The translations under genes were made by a program, and so were the position numbers. Shown one piece after another: positions 14,901 to 26,700 of a DNA stretch of 64,000 bases. The stretch comes from Bugula neritina. Its lineage: Eukaryota > Animalia > Bryozoa. Position 1 is the first letter of the stretch. Every line of letters starts with the position of its first letter. The notes under the pieces are model-generated. The model was not told the DNA's origin. It saw only the letters and a program-made list of their open reading frames with translations, and searched no databases. The stretch spans positions 25,002,628-25,066,627 of the forward strand of contig OZ037767.1 in assembly GCA_964035545.1 (NCBI GenBank). Direction: 5' to 3'.

Positions 14901-17900
14901 AAAGTAAGACAAGCAGAGCAGCTGCACATCTCAAGGGTTAACTTTTCTGTCGGCTGAATAGATTGCAGTTATTTATGATTTATAATATTCTAATACTTGG
15001 ATTGTTCAACACTGGTATTTGTTAATTACGATCTGATGGTACTTCAGGTAAATTGCTATTTCTTTGCTAATCACAAATAAATTGCAAGCCATTTTTGTTT
15101 GTTTGCAGCAAAACCAGTGCAGGTGATGGCAGATGAATATTCACTATACAATGTATTGTTTAAATATGGCAAAGAGTAACACAAACTGCAAACTGCACAA
15201 GCTCAAATGTCTTGCAGTCGCATCAAATAGTTTCATTTTCATATATATGCAGACTTTTGTTGAGTGTTTAAATTTTAAAAGTAAATTTCTCTGATATTAC
15301 AGCAGACAAACTGTCGTACTAATAGTATGTTCTTTAAAACAAAACCTAGAGTCTACCTTGTCCAAGGCACAAAACATGTTTTCGCAATTAGCGAGACTGT
15401 TACAGAAGTTCAAAAATGTACTTTTCCTCAGTTTATTTTCCCCAGTTTCATTTTAACCTAAATATTTATGTTAAGACATACTTTTGACTTTGAATCACTC
15501 GGCTATATAATAGGATAACCTCTGCCCTGTGTTAGAACAGGGGAAATTACAAGTGTTTATATATACCACTGCTGCAATAAACTGTTTAACTTGAACCGTG
15601 TTCACATATAAACACTACAACGTTAAGGTATTTTAATATATACAAATTGAAGTACAAAAATAGTGCTCAAATTAGTTCAATGTTTTAAGGTATAGTCTTG
15701 TATTACAAATGACTTTTTTGAACCTCTTACCATGAGTAGATAACTCACTCCTTGTCACTTATAAATTAGAAAACAAACAAGAAATTGGGTTGTGAAATGG
15801 TTCTTGAAAAAATTAGGAAAATTACAAAACACTAAGAATATCAATAGATTAATTGAAACTTCGTCTTCAACTTGTAATTCTGCGCATAAACTTTATTTTA
15901 AATTATATTTAAAAACTTGTACTAATTTAACACAACAGTGGTGTTTCATTTCTTCAGTTACCTGGCAACATGCTTAGCAGCTTTTGTTTATTTTCATTTC
16001 AGCAGGTAAACTGTAGGACCTTACAGTTAGAATAATAAATAATTATTCATATTTATTTCAACATATGCAAAGCTATTCATCAATGCCTTTCTACATCAAA
16101 GACAGTTTGGCTTACAAATGTTCCTGATAACACTTTAAATGCAATAAGCAAACCCCAGATTACCACTAAATCCTCTGCTACTGTCACCTTCTGCTTTTCC
16201 CAACTCATACAAGCTTGAGAAGAAATCTTGCAAATTATGAATTTTAAATAATGTATTGATGCCAGTTTTCCCTGGGGCTGTAACTGTCCCACCTAAGACT
16301 TAGTCTATGTCAATAGAAAATCCTACTACACCTACAATAGACAACCTCGATGTGCATCTCAAGAGGCCTTCCAAGCATCTGCCAACAGGCACTGCTCTCT
16401 CCCATAGAATTGGGAGTGACAACAACCAACTATAATAACACTCACAGTGCGATTGGCTGCAAGCAAACCCTGAGATTTTGCCTTCCTTTTGCCTTCCAGC
16501 AGTAGTATTATGAAACTTAATACTCAATACCTTAATTCCTGTACGAAAACAAGTTTGAAATGCTTGCTCTATAGAGTTGCTTGTGACTCTATACTAAATG
16601 TATGCCTATGGGTTTAACTATATTGATGCTTTATTTAATTTACTTTGTACTTTATAAATCTGAAACTCATACTTACAATTTATATATTGTAGGAAATCTC
16701 AGCATTACTAATATCAGTTTTAGAATTTTCTTGTTTGTACATAGATTGAAAAAGGGCTTAATGCTAAGTCATTGCCAATAGAACAATAATCTTTGCCAAG
16801 AATGTTCAATAACTGACTTCAGAAATAATATCCTTGCATTATTACAATGCTTGAGAGTCATTAGTGTTATACAAATTGGTGTCCTGTTGTAGATTGTAGC
16901 TTTGTTTCTTAGCAACAAGACAATGATGTCTATTAATTACTTCTAATACAGTTAGAAACTGCCTTATAAGTTGGTCATAATCAAGTAGCCAAGCCGCAAT
17001 GTGAATGTAGAGGCAGGTGTCAATCCCTGCTTCTATTCACAATTCTGAATCACTACTTTTGGCTGTTTCATCAAAGTTTTAATTTAAGGAAAATATTTTG
17101 TGTTGCTAGGTGATTTCCGATGCTTTTCAGTTCAAATGCTGCTTCAGTATTTGTAATATCAGTTTTGGGCATATCAACTCTATCAATTAAACAGCAACCT
17201 GGCAGAAAGAAATATTTAGAGCAGGCAACTCTTGTGTGAGTGGCTACAATTGTAACAATGATATGCACTTTAGATACATACATCAATATGAAAATAATAG
17301 GTCGTGCTCTACTATACAGTAGTACTCTACAGTAGTACTCTACACCCTATTACCACACAGTCTAGTACTACTGTGGTAGTACTACTGTACATACTGTGTA
17401 GTACACCACAGTAACACTACACAGTTATAGTACATATTGGTGGCACTATGATGGGGTAAACTTTTACAAAAGTGCATTTTTAAAGGCATAGTTGTTTTCC
17501 TATGAAGTTGATGTACTATTAATGTAATTATAGCCTTAATTTCTTTATAAGTACTACCTTGGTTGCTGAAGGTAAGAAGACTTCATAGTTTGTTTAATTT
17601 AAAATTTCAAGGCTAGCTGTTCCTAGTACCCATGCCAGCTCAGGTCTCCTTAGCTACAAACTCTGTGCTTATATATAATTGGCTAAATACTTGCATAAAT
17701 TTTGACTTATTAAATAAAGAAAACCTTATTTAGGAAACTGGTGCAGTAATTGTTGATGAAAAAAAGAATAGCCATTATTTATTTAAATTTATGCACAAAA
17801 ACTTTCTATTTTGAATATTGACAGGAGCTATAAATCTTGTTACGTGCCAGTAACTGCCTCAGCCCTGTCCACAATAATGTTTCGGTTTATATATCAATAT

Positions 17901-20715
17901 GCCTGCGTCAGTTGCTAATTGCAATATAAAGATTTTATAAATGATAAAATTCAATAAGGGTGTTAGTTTCAGTGATTTTTACAAGATATATGACGAATAA
18001 CAAGGCACTAGCCAATTTGTTACAACAAAAACTAGTAAATACTTTGCAATATTGACCAAGTACCACAAACATGTCAAAATAGTTTAATGTATTTAGAAGA
18101 ATTTGAAATTTCACCTAATAATCAGTCATTTATGACGATGTTTTGATAATGAAACCACCCATCATATACATATCTATTCATGAATCACCTTTTTACAAAG
18201 TCTGACCTATTATTGTAGGTGTAAAAGGGAATAGTGGTGATTCTATTGTTGTTTATTAATCTGGTTAACCAGAAAAATTCGAAAGTATGGATCTATTATA
18301 AATTGATGTACAAAAAGGTCTATATAATGCAATCTATTTAGAATCCTAACTATCAATATATTATAGCCAATATTTAACTGCTTTCAAAATATATAACAGG
18401 CAGAAATGGGTTTCAACTGCCAACATAATTGGGGTACAAAAATGGAAGTCCATAATATCTCTAACTGGGTGAAATATAGACTAATATATCTTGACTATCA
18501 ACTGTTAGGACTTTAAATAGATTACATGGACATTCTTGTACAGCAATTTACAATGTCCATTCTTTTATTGATTTATCTTTCAGGATTTGAGTACATGTAT
18601 TTGCATGTTCTATTTTAATGGAAAGAGGATGGTTTTGGTAGAATATCTATTGCTGTCATAAGACAATTTTGTTATTTGTTTTTCACATATATAATATATT
18701 TTTATAATTGAGCTCATAACTAGTCTAAATCTTGAAGCTTTAATTTGCAGCTGATTCCTACATTTTTTACTGTACGTCCACAATGTTAACTCTATGCTAC
18801 GTCAGCACAAAGCTTAATAGCAATTAGCAACAACTGTATCTTTGGAAGGGTGTACCTTAGAAAATTGGCATAAACGATGCTATCAAACAAATCAGCCTGA
18901 TTTACATCATGTAAAACATGTCTGCCACAAGCTCATCAAAGTTATATTGATGATGAATAGCTTTGACAGAAATTATTACAAGAGTTAAAAAACATCTAAA
19001 CAACTTTTTACTAGCCAAAAAAATTTGGCAAATGATGATGGAAAGGCGTTTGGAGCCATGTATGTTATTGTTGTTATATATAAGTATATATCGTGTAGTG
19101 CAGCGCAGCAAGTTACAGTAGTATGTAATCATACACAAATTCAAAAGAATTTATTTTAATTATATTTCTAAAAATAATTGCAGCAATGGGAATAAGAAAT
19201 TTGCATAAGTAATGCCAACTTTTACCAAGAGGTCTAGACAAAAATCTCGTAGCTCAGAAAAATGCTTAATCTCCTAAAAGCTGGTCTCGAAATCTGCATA
19301 GAGTAATCATTTTGTTTAACTAAGCAAATAGTAAAAATGATCATATTCTATTTATTTGTGGCCACTAGGTGATTGAGCGTATATTTTTATTATCTCCATT
19401 AAAATGCCAGTAACCAACCACAATAAGTAGTTGGACCAGCTAATTTTCTATAATTATTGTAGCCACATTATTTACTAGACTCTGTTTCAAACCACAAAAT
19501 CTTGTCATGACAATTATAGTTACTAATGAGGGTCAATTAGCGAATGAAGTATTGTGTACTGTATTCTGATTGGATAATGTCAAACTGATAGGTAAAACTC
19601 AACGTGAGCAGTGACAATACTAACCATCTTGCTTAGTACACTTTATTAATAGTTAGTAGAAATTATTTAAACTTTTACTAAATATTAAAATTATTTCATT
19701 ATGGTATCTTTACTAAATCTTGCAATTGATAATTTCTATCTACAGTATTAGATTTAATTGCAAAAGCTTTACTAAAACTCCCACCAAGAAATATTCCCTA
19801 GGATAAATCTGCATGACTCATTTTGAGAACCAGTAGCTATTTACTCTCACAATTTTCTTATAAAAAGAAGATAACTTAAACACTTTCTATAGACAGTTAT
19901 ATAACCTAAGCTATAGCTGCTACATGTTATTATCATTTATTATTGTACTTTACATAGCTTGATCCTAGCATTTATAGCATTATTACGTAGATACACAACT
20001 ACTATTTTTGCATTTTAGCATATTTTATATTATAATGCAATGATAATAATTGCACCTGTGCAACATAAACTAAAATTTCGTCAGTGGTCTTATCTACAGT
20101 GTATTTTTATGCCACAATAGTAGCTGTGCACGTGATTATGGACCAGTATATTGTATGCATAATTGATTGCCACATCACCTGGACTCCCATTATTATATAT
20201 ATGAAGCTTGTATACTCAAATATTCTAACTGTACTTACATAGCTTAGCAGCTGCCCAGGTGAGGCATGGGACCCGTTGAACTGACTGCCATGCTAAGTTT
20301 ACTTGTGGCCATCACAGACTTGCATATGCATGATTTTACACTTTTCTGCCTGCTGATGATAGGAAAACATAGCAACTGCTAAAGATAATAATATTGTGAT
20401 GATAATTGCTTACAGTAAATGCTACAACAATAATAAATCATTATATAATGGCACATACAGGCTTGTTCGTGTCATTCACTAAGCCCTGTTTTAGTAGATC
20501 CAGTACTAGCTTCCTGCAGAGTAAACCAAAAGAGATCTGTTTGTTTAGTATTACCTCCTGGAGTGCTGTATCACTGGCTGAAGGTGTTATATCTGCACTT
20601 TACATCTTCCACTCACCCTCCCCTTTCTCTCCCTCTCTCCACCTCTCTCCCCTTCTCTCTCTCCCTCTCTCTCTCCCTCTCTCTCTCCCCTCTCTCTCCC
20701 TCTCCCTCTCTCTCT

Positions 20716-20776
<61 letters not shown>

Positions 20777-23700
20777 AACCCAACAATGAAATGCTTAACC
20801 TTTTCTTCATTTAAATACATGTTTAAATAAACAGATATTTATTCTGGGGCTCAAAGATATGTCAATAATTTGTAGTTAGTGTTCAGATAATTGTATATAA
20901 TAGTATTAAATCAGTACATTATATAATACCAACGATGCTTTCACTCTCAACACCTATAGTGTGATGTAATGTAGAATGCAGACATTCTACTAATTCCCTG
21001 AGCTCCAATTATCTGATTACAGACCTGTATAGTGTCTTTTGTTTTGAGGTAATTATACTTGTATCTCCATGACTGAGTAGTTGCACCACAGAGAGCTCTC
21101 TTAATACTAATACACTATGTCCTCATACTTCACATTATTATAATGAATTTTTCATTCCTATAACAGGAATGTAGTGAAAGGCATCGAAGGTAGCCCACCA
21201 CCACCTTTCTATATGGCTGATAGATGTGATGAATAACTTGCCTTCTGTTTCATAACTTGAGGGTGAAATAATATACATACTGTTATTATGTTGGCCATAG
21301 CGATGGGTTCACAGTGATATATAAATAGTAAATTCAGACTGAACATGATAACAGCTGCACTGCAATGTCTACCCGCAAGTAGTATGTTTCCTACAGGCTA
21401 TTTTCAGCAGAAACTGTTTTCTACAGAGCTAAAGCATCACAGTTGTACTCTAAATCACCTGCATAAGTAGTATACACATATGTATAATGTATCTAAGTTT
21501 TCATTAGGCACTTATAAAATCTGTTTAGTGTAGTTGAACATACAATTTAGTAAGTTACGCAGCATGGTTTTGTATTAACATGGTTTTTTGTGTAGAATTA
21601 AACAAAATTTACGGATTGTTATTGCGGAGTTTTGCTTTGAATGAGCAACGATAGTTCTATTATGCCTAGCCCTCAAAATAATTTAGTCATTTTAATGCAC
21701 AACGCCATTTTCTAATTATTCAAGGTTAAAATTACAACTAAATTATGCATAGCTTTAGTAGAGTTGTCCTTCCAAAACAGCACATAGCTGCATATGAAGA
21801 CTAAGAATGATGTTAGGATATGAAAGCCTTTGATAAATTTAGGGTAATTAATTGATTTTGCTGATGTCAAAAAGGCCCAACACCTACTATAAAGTAAAGA
21901 ATTAAATTCCCTTTAATGTGTGGTCTGGGGACATACTTTAGAAGGTTTTATTATAATCATATTAGATTTGAAGAGCTGATTAAACAACAGTTGTAATACA
22001 TAAATTGTTACACTGCTAATCAGCATGTACTCACATTAATTATTATTTTTCTTGTAATAATACAGGGATAACTAAGGTGATAGAAAGGATCAAGTATTTA
22101 ATTATTATAATAAATTAGTCAACTCTACCAGCTAGTAAAGCCCCATTACTGGCTTACAGGATGCCACATATATAATACTAATATTCAATATCTACACAAG
22201 ATTCTTCTAGAAGGCCATTTTTAAAATCAGCTAATCTCACCTGAGCCTACGTAAAATATTTATCAGATTGTAAATTACAATTAATTCACAGAAAAATGTG
22301 TTAATCTATTGAAAACAGTTGGGAGCTTTAAAAGCAATGCTTGAGATATATAATTACAAACTTTTGGTTTCGTGGACATATGATATTGCTCCAGGCGATA
22401 TATTTGTTATATGCAAGTTCTTGTGGCTTGTTTTTCCTCAATTGTTTGATTGCTAAACATACACAACTTGTTTTCTACAATTATTTTCTTGTTCACTTAA
22501 TTTGTAACATAGACAAACCACTTGAGCGGAATATAACAGTCAACATTGAGATTCACAACGACTCATATTTTCTTTGTTCACTTAATTTTCTGGTTAGAAA
22601 TGACTGTAATTTGCTACTTGTGTTTACAAACGGAGATAACCTAAATCGTTCCCAGCCACCAATTCGATAGTGTCGGCAAAACATTTCAAGAGCAATTAGT
22701 CTGAGTCTTAGACAGAGTTGTTCAACTTTCTACCCAACTCAGACTTTACAGAGTGCATAGGTGAAACCTTAGAAAGACCTGTCTCAAAAAGCCACAGCCT
22801 AGTGCAAATCATTCCCAGTACAGTTTTTCTACAATCATCTGCAACAACAGCTTTACGTATCATTATTTTAGGAAACCAACTATCTATTTCACATCTTTAT
22901 TTAGTTTAGACAGTTTTTGACAGCAAACCATTAGCTTGAATATGTAATAGTTAGTAGAATACCAACACCAATGTTAATTTTTTACAAAATAAGTGATGGG
23001 TTACAAATAAGGAGTGACTGTTTTATTTATGTGAACTAATAATCTTTTATGGCTATTATCATAAATACTTCTTTCATATCATTGTTGGAATAAGCTTATG
23101 CTCTTCCAAGACAATAGTTACTGAAGATAATGACAATAGAAATATCCATATGAGCACTAATAATCAATGGTTTTCTTTTTACTGTCTACCTATACTGAAA
23201 GTGTAATTTGTAAAGGATGCATTGAGCTTCTTTGAATAGAGTATAATAATGAACAAACAGGTGCTTAGTAAACTGCGCGCTGATTGGTTGATTAGCCAAT
23301 CCATTGGTATCGTTATGCACTCGAACTGCCAGTCTATTTGGCAGTTTGTCGTTGATTCGCAAGGGTTGAACTGGGAGCTCGTAATTCACTAGCAAAGTGA
23401 AGTGGGTGCAAACGATCAGGACTCTACTGTGACAAGACTTCTATCTCAGTTTTCTGTTGAAAGAATTCTACTGTTGGTATAGATTTTATCAAATGACTAA
23501 GCAGAGGTAGCAGAAACTATTTTTGTAAAGAAGAAACTTCTGAACGACTCTTCCAGTTTGAGGATAATTCTGTAATTAGGAAGACCGAAAATGACAAATC
23601 CTATTTTCAGTACTTTATATGGATTAACTTTTATAGTATTTGGCGTTTGCCAAAGTACAGAACTACCTTTAGTTTTTGAAAATGCTGAAGATCCTAATGC

Positions 23701-26700
23701 CAAAGAAGGTAGAATATTTATTAAAATATTTTCTATTTCTGTGCTGAATAGCTTATTAAAGTGATGTCATTACTCACTATAAGTATAACTATATGTATTT
23801 ATTTATAAAATTTAATTATGCTTATGTAGTGTAGTATAAGTAATATTTCAAATAATTGTTAATCATAAATTTGAAATGCTGTTTAATTCACTTAGAAAAT
23901 GAAAGCTGCTCTTTTTCATGCAAAAAAAATCAGTTACTAAAGTACTAATTACACATTACAGAAACTTACTGAGTAAGAATTCATATTTCTTAGCTGATAT
24001 AAGTTCTGCATCAAGTTTTTCTCAGATGTTTAGGTTCAAGCAGTTGCCATTTTGTTTCTCATAATAATGACTGGTTTGAGTCAACATAAACCTAAATCTT
24101 TTGCAAACAAAGTATAGGATCACACAAACACACTCTAATTCTATTGCTAATACTGTATGAATTGTGTAATGCAATATACGTATTAATAAACTGAACCACT
24201 TTCCTTCAACAATATTTTAGTAGTTTATTATTATTCTCTCCTAATGTTTTCCTAATAGAAATAATATTCACTTCTTAGTTGAAAATAAGCACAATATTTT
24301 TAGTCTGAGGGTCTGCCATGCCTAAGGAAACTGTATTCATGCCCCAACTTGTCAGCATTTAGAAATATTGCTGTACAAATATAGTTCTGTCATAACTATA
24401 GGCAAAGCTGCCCTGCCATTTATCTCTGTATGTATACTTGAAGGTGTTACGCAACTTAGCTGCATCTTGTTAAGGATTAATGGTTGACCAGGGATTACTG
24501 TGGTATCGCCTAGTATTACTCTTATATGTTATTGTGTTATGGTATTATAAACATATCCTTGTTATTGTAGTGGTAGTGTTGGACACATTGAAAGTTTCTA
24601 ACCTACTAGACTGGACAATTTATCCAGAAGATGGTAGTGGACCAGCTGACTTACAGAACCCCACGGTAATATAGCTAGTAACTAGAGTTGGTGTTGTGGT
24701 GGTACAGTACCTAGTAACTAGAGTTGATGTTGTGGTGGTACATTACCTAGTAACCCAGAGTTGGTACTGCAGTGGTACAGTACCTAGTAACCCAGAGTTG
24801 GTACTGCAGTGGTACTGTACCTAGTAGTAGTAACTTAGAGTTAGTACTGCAGTGGTACAGAAACCAGTGATCTAGAGTTAGTACTGCAGTGGTACAAGAC
24901 ATTTAAATAATTGAAAAGTTAGTGCTTTCTTGGCACCTCTTTCAGCACTGGACTTTGACAAAGTGATATTTCAATAAGTCTTTAGCTGAGCTTTATACTA
25001 GATAAAATAGTCAGTTTCAACCTGGAAAACAAAGCAAAACCTGCTAATTTCTAGTTAGCTTCTGTCAACTAAAGGTAGAGTTGGTTAGAGGGAAAGGCCA
25101 CGTGCTGTACTTTCATCTCACTGCTGCCTTGTGAATGGCTCTAACCATTTATAGCAAACATACAACAGCAAACCATTAACCGTGATACTCATCTGATATT
25201 TCACCTTGCATTTGCTTTTATAGTATCACAGGGAATGTTGGGCCTACTTTGAACTTAGAAAATGTGATGCAATTAATTAAATGTCAAACCTTAAAAATAG
25301 TTACTTATATACTTCATCCTTAAACTTGAGTTACTGCCAGCTCCTTAGCTAACAAATCAGATACAATGCTAGATGAACATTGTCTTTTTATCATAAAATG
25401 TATCAACACTCAAAACAATAATTTCGTATTAGATTTAAACAGCTACTTAGACAATGCTGACTATTACTGTAGTATTGATTAGTGCAGTTGATAGATGCTG
25501 TTTCTATAATTAGACCCACTGATCTCCTGTAGAGAGACTCTGTGGGTTTCTCTCTATCTCCACTATCTAACAAGAGGACATAACTATTATATTGTAGTTA
25601 GCGTGTTGGGATAATAATGATTTCACCAATTAATCTAAAACATATTATAATGCTAACTTTCAAACAAGAGAGCATTCATAGGTAAACCTAATGACATATC
25701 CTATGCTCTTATTCATGGGGTATGTTTTAATTGCTTACATATTGGAATGGTTAGACACAATTACCTACTATTTCAACTCAATCAAATGCATATTTCCTTT
25801 TTGTTGTTTAGAAATAATGCAATACTTTGTTCTATCATTATTATTCAAACTAATTCCCAGCAGAATATTTTGGAATTCAATAAAAATTGCACAAGAGATC
25901 ATTTTTGCCTGGAAATACTTCATAATGTGGCTTTTTTATGTCATTAGAAGTAACTTTTCTATTTACCTATGAACAATCCGAAGTAAGGGGCTACCATGAT
26001 AGGCCCCAACCTCAGTCGTACATGTAGTCAGGTTTAGGAATAAAACATATTCTAGTCAGTAATCAACAACAGCTTCGGGTAGCCATCTAGTTTGAAGTAG
26101 TTTAGCTTGGAGTGCTATGTCATGGGGAGATAACACTTGAAACCCACCCAGTACTGTTTGGCTAGCCTCAAAATCCTACAGTTACTGCTGATGCGAATTA
26201 TTTCTTAAATTTTGGTTTAGTGTGGATAGTTCTTAATTTCACATTAAGCCATGACTGATTTGATAGAAGTGAGTTGTTAAATTAAATAGCTATCATCAGT
26301 TATTGAGTGGTTCATACATAAAATGTTAACATAGGTGTGGTACACACTACACACCTTTTCACCATCCTTGTGATGGAAATATTTACATTTACAGTTGCAT
26401 AGTTGACAGGTTAAACCCAATCTGATTGGTTACTTAACGCTACTTTGTGTTGTTTCACCACTTGCATGTTATTCAAAGTTGTTGTTTCTCTTTTTTTTAA
26501 AAAATCTTGTGCTTTGTTTTATGAATGTTGTGTTGATATACCTTGTAGCCTAATAGTACGACCCTCTCTACCTCCTTAGATCAGGTAAATCGAACACACT
26601 TTACTGAGGCTCCAGAACTTAGCTTCAGTCACCCACTTAATGATTAATGGGAGCTTCGGCCACCCCTCACAACCTTATATGTTTCTTATAATGATATACT

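Noticed and set aside
20406-20814. ORFs with SLSLSL / RERERE runs
   Set aside because: Translations of the (CT)n microsatellite.
21167-21189. Exon-like 23-nt segment ending GAAG|GT in Eph intron 1 (similar site at 24443)
   Set aside because: Not frame-preserving, and no in-frame ATG before a stop.
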